A DNA stretch of 64,000 nt from Vicugna vicugna (taxonomy: Eukaryota), in assembly GCA_013265495.1 (NCBI GenBank), contig MU057640.1:1001303-1065302 (forward strand). The letters run 5' to 3'. The notes below the pieces were generated by a model. That model worked only from the letters and a program-made list of their open reading frames with translations, ran no database searches and was not told where the DNA came from. Below, piece by piece: positions 11,457 through 23,624 of the stretch. A program made the position numbers and the translations under genes. The stretch's first letter is position 1. Every line of letters starts with the position of its first letter.

Positions 11457-13415
11457 TATCTGCTGCATTTCTATACAACAACAACAAACTGTCAAAAAGA
11501 GAAATTAAGAAAACAATACTATTTATAATTTCATCAAAAAGAATACAATACCTAGGAATAAACTGTAAAAGACCTGTACTTGGAAAACTATAAGACACTG
11601 ATGAAAGAAACTGAAGATGACACAGGTGAATGGAAAGATATACTGTGCTCATGGACTGGAAGAATTAATGTTGTTAAAATGATCATACTGCCCAAGGTGA
11701 TCTACAGATGCAATGCTATCTCTATCAAAATACCAATGGCATTTTTCACAGAACTAGAACAAATAATTCTAAAATTTGTATGAAACCACAAGACCCCAAG
11801 TAGCCAAAACAATCTTGAGAAAGAAGAACATAGCTGGAGGTATCACATACCCTGATTTCAAACTATACTACAAAGCTACAAAACAGAATAGTACTGGCAC
11901 TAAAAACAGGCACTTAAATCAATGAACAGAATAGAAATCCATAAATGAACCCACACTTACATACAGTCAATTAATCTATAACAAAGGAGGCAAGAATATA
12001 CAATGGGGGAAAGACAGCTTCTTTAATAAATGGTGTTGAGAAAACTGGACAGCTGCGTGCTAAAAGAATCACACTAGATCACTTTCTTACCCCATATACG
12101 AAAATAAACTCAAAGTGGATTAAAGACTTGAATGTAAGACCTGGAACCATACAACCCCTAGGAGAAAAAACAAGCAGTAAGCTCCCTGACATCAGCCTTG
12201 GCAATATTTTTGTGGATCTGTCTCTATAGGCAAGGGAAACAAAAGCAAAAATAAATAAGTGGAACTACTTCAAATTAAAAAGCTTTTACACAACCCAGGT
12301 AACTATCAACAAAAACGAAAAGGCAGCCTACTGAATGGGAGAAGATATTTGCAAATGATACATCTGATAAGGGGTTAATATCCAAAGTATACAAAGAGCT
12401 CATATTCAACATCAAAAAGCCAAACAACCTGAATAAAAATGGGCAGAGGAACTGAATAGACATTTTTCCAAAGAAGATATACAGATGCCTAAGAAGCATG
12501 TGAAAAGATGCTCAACATCACAAATCATCAGAGAAATGTAAACCAAAACTCACACTTGTCAGAATGGTGATTATCACAAAGACAACAAATGACAAGTGTT
12601 GATGAGGATGTGGAGAGAAGGGAACCATTAGGCACTGTTGGTGGGGATGTAAATTTCTGCAGCCACTATGAAAAATAATATACAGGGTCTTCAAAAATAT
12701 TAAAAATAGAACTACTATATGATACAGCAATTCCACTTCTGGATATCTTCCCAAAGAAAACAAAAATACTTATTCAAAATGATACATGCACCCCAATGTT
12801 CATAGCAGCATTATTTACAATAACCAAGAAATGGAAGCAACCTAAGTGCCCATTGATATAAAGAAGATGTGAGATACATACACACACAGGAATATTATTC
12901 AGCCATAAAAAAGAATGAAATCTTGCCATTAGCAACAACATGGATGGACCCAGTGGCTATTAGTCTAAGTGAAGTAAGTCAGCAGAGAAAGACAAATAAA
13001 CATATAATTTCACTTAAATGTGGAATCTATAAAACAACACAAATGAACAAATATAACAAAATAGAAACAGAATCACAGAGACAGAGAATGAATAGGTGGT
13101 TACAAGAGGGGAGGAGGTGGGGGGCATGAGAGAAACAGGTGAGGTAGATTAAGAGGTACATCCTTTTACAAAATACGCATGTCACGGGGATGAAATGTAC
13201 AGCATGAGAAATATAGTCAATAATCGTGTAATATCTCTGTCTGCTGACAGATGGTAGACAATATTTCTTTTATTTTGCATCTCTATGAGATGATAGCTGT
13301 TCACTAACTTGTGAGACTCATTTTATGATGTAAGAAGTCAAATCATTATGCTGTACATCTTAAACTTCTACACTGCTGTATGTCAATTACATCTCAATAA
13401 AACTGGAAGGGAGAA
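11457..13415 (+). mobile_element. Decayed L1: 3' part of ORF2 plus 3' UTR
   Basis: ORF 11580-11783 (ENYKTLMKE...[49 protein letters not shown]) and ORF 12869-13129 (EYYSAIKKNEILPLATTWMD) are L1 ORF2p; multiple stops and frameshifts; AATAAA near 13396. Confidence 0.96.
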
Positions 13416-14061
13416 AAGTAAAATTAAAGATAAAGAATAATGTAGTAAACAAAATGTTCCTTTATATTTTAACTTAAAAGTAAAGGTAATGATTCCTACT
13501 GTTTTCTTTATTAAGCAATATTGCTATTTTTGCACACCATTCTCAAAGTGGCTTAATAGGTTGGTGACTTTATATCCAAAGCATTTATTTTCCCTATTTT
13601 TATCACCATCCCTTTCACTTTAGCCTTACTTCACATTCTCAAGACCCTCCCCTGGGCAGGCCGTAGAGTTCATAGAAGTCACTTTAAATAGGAAGATGTA
13701 AAGGGACAGGACATTGTGACAAGATGATTTTAACATTGCTCTTTTGACTTAGGGACTTCTTAATAAAATCTTAAAAAAAAATAAGCAATCACTTTTTCTG
13801 TCCCAAGGAATGCATGACCCACACATGCACCCCAGCCTCATGCTCCCCCTGTTCCCACCTGTGGGATGGGCTGAAGCTGACAGATAAGATAAGAGGTGAG
13901 GGGATGTGGAGTCAAGATGAGGCTTAAATGGAACAGGGTCAGGGATCATTGTGTACATTACATAGCCATTTAAAAGACAAGCAAGTAAGAGCTGTGTTTT
14001 CCTTATTGATTCAGCTGCATTAGACCATCCAGGACAAATGTCCCCCCAGTCAAAATAGCCA

Positions 14062-14580
14062 CTACAGCAGCCAAGACATGGAAGCAACCTAAGTGTAGTG
14101 TACAATGTAGATACACAATGGAATACTACTCAGCCATCAAAAAGAATGAAACAATGCCATTTGCAGCAACATGGATGGACCTAGAGATTATCATATTAAG
14201 TGAAGTAAGTCAGACAAACATCATATGATATCACTTACAGGTGGAATCTTAAAAAAATGATACAAATGAACTTATTTACAAAATGGAAATAGACTATCAG
14301 ACATAGAAAACAAACTTACAGTTATCAAAGGGGCAAGGCGGGGGAGGTACAAATTAGGAGTTTGGGATTAACAGATACCCTCTACTATATATTTAAAATA
14401 AATAAATAATAAAGATCTACTGTAGATCACAGGAAACCATATTCAATATCTTGTAATAACCTATAATGGAAAAGAATCTGAAAAAAGAACGTATACATTT
14501 ACATATGTATCTGAACCACTTTACTGTGCTCTAGAAGCTGGCACAACATTGTGAATCTCCTATACTTCAAGAAAAACAAA
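14062..14580 (+). mobile_element. L1 3' end, cetartiodactyl-type
   Basis: AGCCAAGACATGGAAGCAACCTAAGTG...AATGCCATTTGCAGCAACATGGATGGACCTAGAGATT...TATACTTCAAGAAAAACAAA; paralogous to 5605-6052. Confidence 0.93.
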
Positions 14581-14864
14581 CAACCTCATGGAATTGGCTA
14601 CATACAGTCAGCCGATTCCAATGCACTGATATAAATAAAGATCGCCACATGGAAAATAGAGAACTCGTGTTTTCTATTTTCTTAGTGAGATTGCCTAACT
14701 AGCAACCACCTAAAAAGGCAGAAGGAATTCAAAGGTATCAGCTGACCAAATATACAACGAAACAAAAAATTCGTGACTCCCAAAGACAAAGCAGCAGGAC
14801 GTAAAGCCACCATCGGATCTCCTTTGTGGACCAGAAGCACCACCCCTGTACCAGCGGCCCTGTG

Positions 14865-15034
14865 CCAGCAGGGGGAGCCCTGGAGAAGGCGGGAGACAAC
14901 TACGACTGCACCCAGCAAGTCTAACTGGACACCTTCCTGTGCGCTGGAGCCGGGGGCTGGAGACAGGTCCCATGGACTGCAGTCCATCCACACAGGGGCT
15001 TTGCCCCTCACCAGACAGAGCTGCCAGAGGGCGT
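14865..15034 (+). promoter_or_regulatory. Pair of co-oriented CTCF-like motifs
   Basis: CCAGCAGGGGGAGC (14865-14878) and CTGCCAGAGGGCGT (15021-15034) versus core CCASYAGRKGGCRS; motif match only. Confidence 0.4.
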
Positions 15035-18013
15035 GGCCACGTCACTACACAAGGGTCCCTGCTAGGAGGTCAGCCAGCCCCAGCGGACGGCCCTTCCCAG
15101 GCACACCCGCCACGAAGCTCTACACTGCAGACCAATGAGCACGGAAGCAAAAGGAGGACTTCCGTCTCTGAACGGGAAACTAAGAGGTAGAAAGATTCTC
15201 ATCCCAAACTTCTCAGAACAGGATGTACGAAGTAGCTGGATCCTGCCTGTTCACAGTACTGGTCAGGCACATTACCTATTATACCTGAAAGTGGGAAGGA
15301 GGTGGGGGCTGGGGAGGGCTGGGGAAGGCAAGGAGGCACCCCCCCTGCACATGCTCAGTGCGCACCCTTGCAATTCTGAAAACCAAATCCAATGCATAGA
15401 ACTAATGATTTAGTATCTCTACAGCACTACTGAGGAAGCCTACGAGCACACTCATCCCCCAGCCAGCTTAGCACAGTTAGGAAAAGCTCTGTCCAGCATC
15501 TGATGGAGACAAATCCCCTCGGATGCCTGTTTTGAAGACAGGCAACACTCTCTGTCCCCAGGTGTAACGATGGCTCAGCCTCCAGGGCCCACAAAGGCTT
15601 CTCCCGCAGAGAAAAAAAGGTTGGAGCGCTTTCTAATTCTACTACAAACATTTGGAGTCTGGAAGGGGTTGACAATGTGTGTATTTGTTGACTAGTGAAA
15701 GAGAACCTTTGAAAATGATTATCCTTGAAAATCTTGGGGAAATGTCAACTGGTGTCTCCCCATTAGATCAGACAGCCTCATTCTTGTCCCTGGTGGGGTC
15801 TCTTTTCACATCATTGTGTCTGGCTTTTGGCCTTTATACTCCTTAGTACTGGATAAGGGCCTCAGGGTGGGAGAGTAGGGAAAAAAAGCTTCAGTCTGGA
15901 TTCAGTCCTTAACTTCTAGCATCGGTGTCACTGAAGGTTCCAGACCCTTTTATGTAAATCAAGCAAGAAAAAGAGCTCTTTCTATAGTGCAAGGTATTAA
16001 GGAAAGGGAAACAACTGATAATTCAAAAATTATACAAAAGAAAATTACCTTTGTATTTCTGTAGCTATAATAATGGCCAGTTGCTGCAAATGCTTTTCTA
16101 TTTCCGTTTTAAAGAATCCAGATTTTTTTTCACCAGCAATGAGTTGCTTAAAACCTAGGGTAAACCATTTATAGATTAAATTCTATTTCAAATGCCTAGG
16201 ACACACTTGCTACTTGGAGGCATCCTACAGTGATTTTTCTTACGCAGTTAGTTGAAGAATCCTATGGCAAAACCCTTCATTTAAACATAGATTTGTATAT
16301 AGTAAGTCTTTACCTAGAATCCCAGGCTCATTCATTGCTATGCTTTCTGGGGTGTTGCTTCATTACGAAGAAAGAAGTTTGATTAAGCCTATCCTCGCCT
16401 GCAGTGGTTTGCTGCCAACTGTACAAAGCAGGTTAAATTGATGAGATCCCCGGGAGTTTATAGCATGAAAACCACAGCTGCAGACACAGTGACATTTTTA
16501 TAACTAATATTGAAAGTTCACATGGAATAAACAACATAAAAAGCAAAAGAGACTGTATCAGCAAAGAGATTAAATGCCTGTTATTATTATTAGACAGTGA
16601 GTGGAAAAAACTCAGTTGCAGACTCTGGCTGCAGGAGACCACAAAGCACATGTCACCTAGCCTCCATTCCAGATCCTAATTAGTGCTTCTGCCAGCAGTG
16701 GGAGGGGAAGTTTTAAGGGGCTGCTCTCTACGGTGACTGTATATTCTGTGACTTAGTGATACTGGGGTCATTTCAGGCATTACCCAAAGGGATCAAGTCA
16801 GTCCCTGATCTGATCGGGGACAGGGAACATCTGTTATGGATTCAAAAAGAGGGCATTTCCAACTTCCCTCTCTTCCATCTGAGTGTTTTTTCCAAGTTTT
16901 AAGGAATACTCGCTTCTCAGTAGAGACACAGCTTGCTTAATTTTACATAAGGTGCTTCTGAAAGGTTTGGTGCAGGTCAAATTTTTGAAAATCGCATTGC
17001 TTAAAACTCAAAATTAGGTCTGTCATTTTAAGCAGCCCTCTTATTAAGTTCTCAGCATTGCAAATACTTTTCCATCTCAGGAATGAAAGGGGACTCTTGA
17101 TTCTAAGTGATTTTTGCCACACCAGGTTTCCAAAGTGACTCTCATTATGATCACATGTCGCAGTTATGCTATATGTTTGGTCCTCTCATTAAAACATGGA
17201 GAAACTGAGACAGACGATATGAGAGAGTAAGTATTCTTAGAGAAATAAGAAACAGCTTCCCAATCCACAAAGCTTTAAACTATATTTCATGATTTCTACC
17301 AATTGTGTTCTACCTTTTTTGCTTTAGCACAGTTGTTCTTTAATTCCTACACCTTAATCTGTTGAATAATGGAGATCTAAACAAAAAAAAAAGATATAAT
17401 TTTTAGAAACCTAGTCCTTTCATCATAAATTTTAAGATCTAGAAGGAAATCTTGTTTATCATTTTAAAAATGAAAGATTTGTAAATGGCTTGCCATTAGT
17501 CACATGGCTAATTAGTAACCTAACTAGAAAACGTTTGGCTTTTCTATTTCATTTCATTTTTTCCCCTATGTTTACATTCTTACCTTAAACAAAAGAAAGA
17601 TTCTTACGAAATGTGCAGACTGAACAAAAAGGTAAACTAGAACCCTGAGTGCTGGCCTGATTCAGATTCAGAACAGAACAGGTGGAGCGGAACGACAGCC
17701 TCTAACAAACATGGTGGCATCTCTGAACCTACTGAAGGGACTAAGCCCTGGACCAAGATTCCTAGAGCATCTGGGACAAGCGGAAGCCAACTTTACTAGG
17801 GAGAGGTGGGAACATTTAATGAAATCCAAGAAGGTAATAAGGAAACGTGCATACTGACAAACGATGACTTTGGGAGCCTTGGGCAAGTACATTTAATTTG
17901 AGTTCATTTTCCCACCCCCACACACCTCTTCTACACAGAGCAGGCAGAGCTCCATGATTTGTGCCAAGGCCCCTGTTATCTGGCTACAGATTAATGGGTG
18001 AGGCGTACAAAAC

Positions 18014-19243
18014 TGAGTCAAGGCAACAGTGAGAGACGGACTGAGATGGACTGGTTGTTCCAGTTTGGCTAGTGGCTGCCTGACTCAGTCACACGGCAGC
18101 AGCAGCACCCCACCCCCGCCCCTGCTCTCAGAGTCTGACTATGATGCCTAGAGAATCAAGAATGGTAACAGCCGCTCAGACACTCTTACAATGGAAAGCA
18201 TCGGCTCCAGCCCTGAGTCAGTGATGATTCCCTGATGTTGTTGAGTTGTTATCTTCCGTACAATAAAGGATATTCTTAATCAGGCTTTCTCAACTATTGA
18301 CATTTTGAGCTGGGTAATTTTGTGTTGTGGAGAGCAAACCTGTGCATTGTAGGATTATTAGCAGCATCCCTGGTCTCTACCCAGTAGAGGCCAGTAACAC
18401 CCTGCCCCCAGTTTTTGACAACCAAAAACATCTCCAGACATTGCAAAATACATCCTGGGGTGATGGGGGCAAAATAGCTCTGAGTTAAGTTCCATCTTTC
18501 CAGACTAAGGCACTGTTGTGGTTTCTGGGAACACAAAGATGATAAAGTTACAGTCCCAGCGCTTGACAAGGTCTCAGTAGAGTGAGAGAGTCTGACATGA
18601 ATGAGTGTGTGATGCTACGGATGGGAAATGCAGCCCAGAGCACATCAGGCAGAAATCAGGAACAAAGGCTCAGAAGGGCAACAAAGCTAGATCCTCCAGA
18701 AGAGTGGTCAGCAACCCTCTGGGGCCGTTCAATATTTCTGTGAGCAAGAAGTCAGTGAGTAACTCTCACCACCTCCCACCTTCTCCCAGAACGATGCTCC
18801 TAACATACGGGCCCACTCGCTCAGCAGTGAGTGGCACTCTGCTGATGGTCACTAATGCAGCTGAGCTGCACACCTGTGCAGGTGAGCCCCTGGACTATGC
18901 AACAAGGTGTGCCTTGGGAGTTGACATCCCACCAGTGAAGACAGGCCTGCCACGGAGGCCACCAGTGCCTTCTCCCCTGCCCCATTCCCGTCTAACAAAA
19001 GGTGGCTAAGTCACACAAGCACCCCGTGGCTGTGGAACAGAGCGCTGTTTGTCAATAGGTTGGCAATACAGACAAATCGTAGGATAAGAAAAGTGTTGCT
19101 AGGTGTGCAGTTCTGGTCCCACGGTAGGAAAATTTTAAAGGCTGAGTCAGAAATTTGACAGTGTTGTCAAGTTAATACTTCTCAGCCACAGCGTAGTTTT
19201 TGAGCTGGGAGAGGGGAAAGGTGGCTGGGGTGGTGGTGAGTCA
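18014..19243. promoter_or_regulatory. AP-1 (TGASTCA) motif cluster, candidate enhancer
   Basis: Exact TGAGTCA/TGACTCA at 18014, 18081, 18214, 19143 and 19237. Confidence 0.4.
18281..18497 (-). mobile_element. MER20 hAT-Charlie MITE
   Basis: CTATTGACATTTTGAGCTGGGTAATT...AGCAGCATCCCTGGTCTCTACCCA...GACAACCAAAAACATCTCCAGACATTGC. Confidence 0.9.
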
Positions 19244-19414
19244 GTATGGATGCTGTGTTGGTGAAGAGGATGCATGACTCTGAGGGAGGGGGATATGGTG
19301 AGAAACACTGGACCAGGAATCCAGGAAACCTAAGTGCCAGCCCCTAGTCTTTCTTGTTACTGCCTATGGGAACTGGGCAACTTTCCCTCTAAGGATCTTT
19401 GATAACTCAACTTC

Positions 19415-19895
19415 TACTAATTAAAGGATAACAAACATACGGTAAAATGCATACATCTTTGGTGTTTTGTTTGATAAGTTTTGACAATTGAATACACCAA
19501 TGTAACCATCATGCAAAGCAAGCTACAGAACATTTCCGACACTCCAGAAAGCTCCTTTGTGCCCCTTTGAGTCCATCCTCCTCCCTGCCACCCAGGGAGG
19601 GTGCCATCCTTACCCCACTGGTTAGTTTTACGAGTTCCTGGATGTCATATAAATGGAATCAGAGAGTGTGTACTCCTGTGTGTCATGCTTCTTTCACTTA
19701 ATGAGATTCATCCATGTTGTTGCAAGCATCGGCAGGGCGCTCCTTTGACTGCTGGGTACCGTTCCGTCATATGAGTACCCCGCATTTGTCTACGTGTTCT
19801 CTTGGTGATAGATATTTGGGTTAGGTCCAGTTTTCAGCTCTTGTGAATAAGGTAGCATTATTTCCCATGTCTTTTTGTAAACATATGTTTTCTTT
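19415..19895 (-). mobile_element. Old L1 (L1M) 3' region
   Basis: GTAAAATGCATACATCTT...CAGAACATTTCCGACACTCCAGAAAGCTCC...CATATAAATGGAATC...GAGATTCATCCATGTTGTTGCA. Confidence 0.85.
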
Positions 19896-21124
19896 TGAGT
19901 TACTTCATTTTGAAAATGGCAGGTTGTCCCATGATGTTAAGCTTCCTCCACAGGTGACTTGGGGATTGCTGCAGGGGTGGAGGGAGGAGAAAACAGCATG
20001 CGCAACACTCTTCCCATCACGTTTCCCCCAGAACTGCTCTTCCATCCCTTTTATAGATGAGGCACTTGTGTAAGACGTCATTTGCAGGGAGGGCTTCACA
20101 CAGTGTTTGAAAACCACCTCAAGAGATACTCTCTAATGTGCCTTTTAGTGCTAGGAATCTATCATTCTTTAACTGTTTCAAGGAAAATACTTCCTAGTTT
20201 ATATCTAAATTATGTCCTCTAGATTTTCCACAACAATCTTATTCACACTCCTCCAAGGGATGCTGCATTGCATGGAAAATACAATAAACTCCATTGGCAA
20301 GAACTTTACAACTGCCCTCCAAGTTGGTTTGGATATCTATCAAGGGCCACTCCCAGTATTTCCACATCCCCTACTACCCCAATCACAGGACTCTACCGTC
20401 CTCACAAAACGAAACAGGCCACGCTCAGATCTGAACCTTTGCCCAAGCCCTATCTGCTACCAGAATATTCTCGTGGACCTCTTCTGCCAAGGTCCCATCC
20501 TTCGCTTTTGAACCAGATTGAATTCCACACTCTCCTAGCAACCTTGCTGAACGCATCGGGGTATGTTTGCACGTCCACTAGAACACATTTGCTGTCCATG
20601 CGTGTAGTATCACAGCAACATGTGCATGTTCCTACCTCACTTCCAAACCCCCAAAGCCAGAGACAGTCTCCCCTTCTCCCTCGCTCGCTCTCCTCTGATT
20701 CATGTACAGGACCAAAAATAGTCCTTGCTCATACAAGGCTAGAATCAATACTGGCTGAATTTGATTTGTGAGTATGTACGGGCTGTTATTCTCCTAAATC
20801 TTTCAACCAAGTGGAAATTCAGGCTGTTCACAGAAAGAGCAAAACTTAAAGGACATCCATGGGACACTCACTCACAAGCTCACCTCCCTCAATGACCCTT
20901 CGAACACCTGGTCAGCTTTGTCAGTCTCGCCCCCCACAACACTGCCGCTGGTACAAAGGCTCACGGAAAACCAGTGCTGAGTTTCTTCTAGGACAACCAG
21001 GCTATGATTTCCTGTCAAAGCCCAAAAATATCTAACAAAACATGCTTCCCAAGGGCCAGTAGTGCTAGTTTTTGCTTCTGGTCTAAGTCAACTGCTATTC
21101 AGAATTATGTTAAAAAGCTCAGTC

Positions 21125-21233
21125 GGGGGGAGAGGGAAATAGCTCAGTGACAGAGCATGTGCTTAGCATGTACCGGGTCCTGGGTTCAATCCCCAGTATC
21201 TCCATTAAAAACTTTTTTTCTAAATTTCTTTTA
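21125..21233 (+). mobile_element. tRNA-derived SINE (camelid Vic-1-like) with 13-bp TSD
   Basis: A box TAGCTCAGTGACAGAGC, B box GGTTCAATCCC; TSD AAAAAGCTCAGTC at 21112-21124 and 21234-21246, preceded by TT (L1 endonuclease TT/AAAA site). Confidence 0.92.
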
Positions 21234-22569
21234 AAAAAGCTCAGTCTGCTCCTACTTAGTTAGTCTTCAGCTCAAATATTTCCTCCCTTAGTTTCAGATG
21301 CTGTTCTTTCCATTTCTTTTTACATCTACTCAGGAAAATTGAAAGAAAGGCGTCTGGATTCCTTAAACTACCTCCCCAAATCAATCTCATTACTCTACGG
21401 AATTGTTTTGCATCAACCTTGTATCTTCCAACATTTATGGGTCCTGGAAACCTTACAGAAAAATAGATAATCTCCATCAAGAAAACATAAACTGAAGCAA
21501 GAGGATAGATTAATGCCTTTTGGACGATTCCACTGAAGCCTACGCCAAATGATAAAATCTGGAGGAGTAGCCTTTAGAGAAGCACTCGGGATGATCAATC
21601 CCCTCCCCCCACCAGCAACTCTTGAAGCACCAGAATCACTTCTATTTTTTTTTTATTTCAAATTAAAGTGTAACTAAAAAGTGTAACGTTTTCCTGCTGT
21701 TGCTAAATAGACTATGCTAAAAAGCCATTCTGTTTTGATGTCTTCTGATCTTCCTTACGAAACCCATTGTCATGCTGGCCTGTCACACACAGAGTGCCTC
21801 AGGATGACTTAGTCATGGTGGTGTCCAGGGCTGGTGACCCTGCACGGACCTCAGAAAGATGACTCCTGAGTCTACCGTCCTGCTGAGGGGCTGCCAGATG
21901 CCACGTCTCACCGCCGCCTGGGTGGGACTCTCGCTGTCATGTACTTTTCTGCTTCTATTCAGACAACTGGTGTGTTCAAATGGTGTCCAAAATGAATGTA
22001 AAAACAGAGTGCCTCTTCTATGAGTAAACAGCACGCTTACTCATGCTACATAATTCAAATACAAATGGGCATAAAACCAGTAAAACCTTGTGAAGGTACA
22101 GAGGGGTGTTTCGAGGTGGGAGGTTGATGGAGTGAAATAACCCACAGGGTAAAGACTCTTTGATCAAAAAGAAAAGAATATTATAGGCAGTAGTCAGGTA
22201 GGAGATTTTCATATTTCACCCGAACACAAAATCTATGGGAGACCCTGCCATTATAGCCTTCGGGAAAAGCCGATGTTCACCAAAGCTGCAGAAGGCTCGT
22301 TTTTAAAGGGACTTGGGGGGGGCGGTGAGGGGGGGGCCCAGCACTTGAGCAAGGATGTGGATGTGTACACACAAGAGCCAGAGACAGAAGGAGCCAGCGC
22401 TTAAGCCACGTCGACAATGAAAGTGTCAGATTTTCAAGTCTAATTTTGTTCACTGGCAGACATCAAGACTCAAAACTCTCTACTATTTGGTTCTTGGATG
22501 GAAGGAGCCAGTTGCAGGCAGTTATCACGCATCCATGCAGGTCACTGGACAGAGGAAGCAGTGTATGAC

Positions 22570-23350
22570 ATTACAGGGCAGTGAGGCTCTGTCCACCCCC
22601 CACACAGAGAAAGCCTGGTTCTTTTAAAGAATAAAGGAGATTTATGCCCCTGATCAAACCTCTCCCACGACTTCCCAGAGTAGCCAGGGTTAGTTGCAAC
22701 AAAGCCCCATGTCAAGTCCCCCCACCCCATGCACTCCTCTCTTGCACCCCCACCTTCTTCACAGGGGCTCTAAGTCCCCTGGCATTTCTGCCCTCCAGCA
22801 TCCCCAAGCTTGTTTCTGCCCAGGGCCTGGGCACTGGCTCTTGCCCCCAGATCTTTGAAGGGCTGCCTGCATCTCAGATCAGATGCCACTCCTCTACACG
22901 TTCTGTCTCAACCACCCTGAACGTGGTCATGTACCCGCAGGCCTACTTTATACTCTCAATGGCACCTCATCTATCAGTGCCTGGAGGCATCGCGGTGGTG
23001 CTTATTAATCTGTCTTTTCCCCGAAACGGTAGTTCTCAAATGGGGGTGAGTTCCCCCCAGGGACATTTGACAGTGCTTAAAGACAGTTTTGGTTGTCTCC
23101 TCTGGGAGAGGAGGGACTGGCATCTGGCAGGTAAAGGCCAGCGAGGCTGCTCAAAGTTCTGTAATGCACAGAGCAATCGCCCAAATCAGAGAATTATCCA
23201 GCCCAGAACGTCCAGCTCGCCTTGGCCAAGAGGCCCCGGGGAACAGAACACAAGTGCCTCAGGGCCGTCATTGTTCTATCAACTGCTGTGTCCTCTCCGC
23301 CTTTAGCACCACCTGACACGCAGTAGGTGCTCAATCAACATTTGTTAAGC
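22570..23350 (+). mobile_element. L2 LINE 3' part, interrupted by MER20
   Basis: Ends TTTAGCACCACCTGACACGCAGTAGGTGCTCAATCAACATTTGTT, the L2 3' terminus. Confidence 0.75.
23027..23238 (+). mobile_element. MER20 hAT-Charlie MITE
   Basis: CGGTAGTTCTCAAATGGGGG...CCCCCCAGGGACATTTGACAGTG...AGAGAATTATCCAGCCCAGAACGTC. Confidence 0.85.
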
Positions 23351-23624
23351 AACTAAGCTATTCCGGTTCCTAGATTTCACTGATGAGGTGTCCTCACGAG
23401 ACCATTTCATACCAACAGCGGTATATTATTTGCAGTACGTATGTGTGTATGATATTCATATCCATTAATGTTTATGTACTGCCACATCAGATATAACTCT
23501 CTGAGCAGTGTCCTACACCGCATTCCTGGGTTTTCCCAAATAATCCTTTTCATGTCATCACAAATTCAAGAGCTGAAAGATTCTCATCAGGTGAGCAGTT
23601 TCTTAACAGGCAACACACAACGGG

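Noticed and set aside
11393..13129. ORFs with reverse-transcriptase-element similarity
   Set aside because: Broken L1 ORF2 remnants with stops and frameshifts, not a functional gene.
21125..21210. tRNA gene (also 40695-40781 and 56856-56957)
   Set aside because: A/B boxes are present, but with A/T-rich tails, a TSD at the first copy and mutual divergence these are tRNA-derived SINEs.
21256..21598. Two overlapping minus-strand ORFs in non-repeat-looking sequence
   Set aside because: No recognisable homology and no convincing acceptor/donor pair.
22644..23306. 220-aa plus-strand ORF
   Set aside because: Lies across L2 and MER20 remnants; no recognisable protein.
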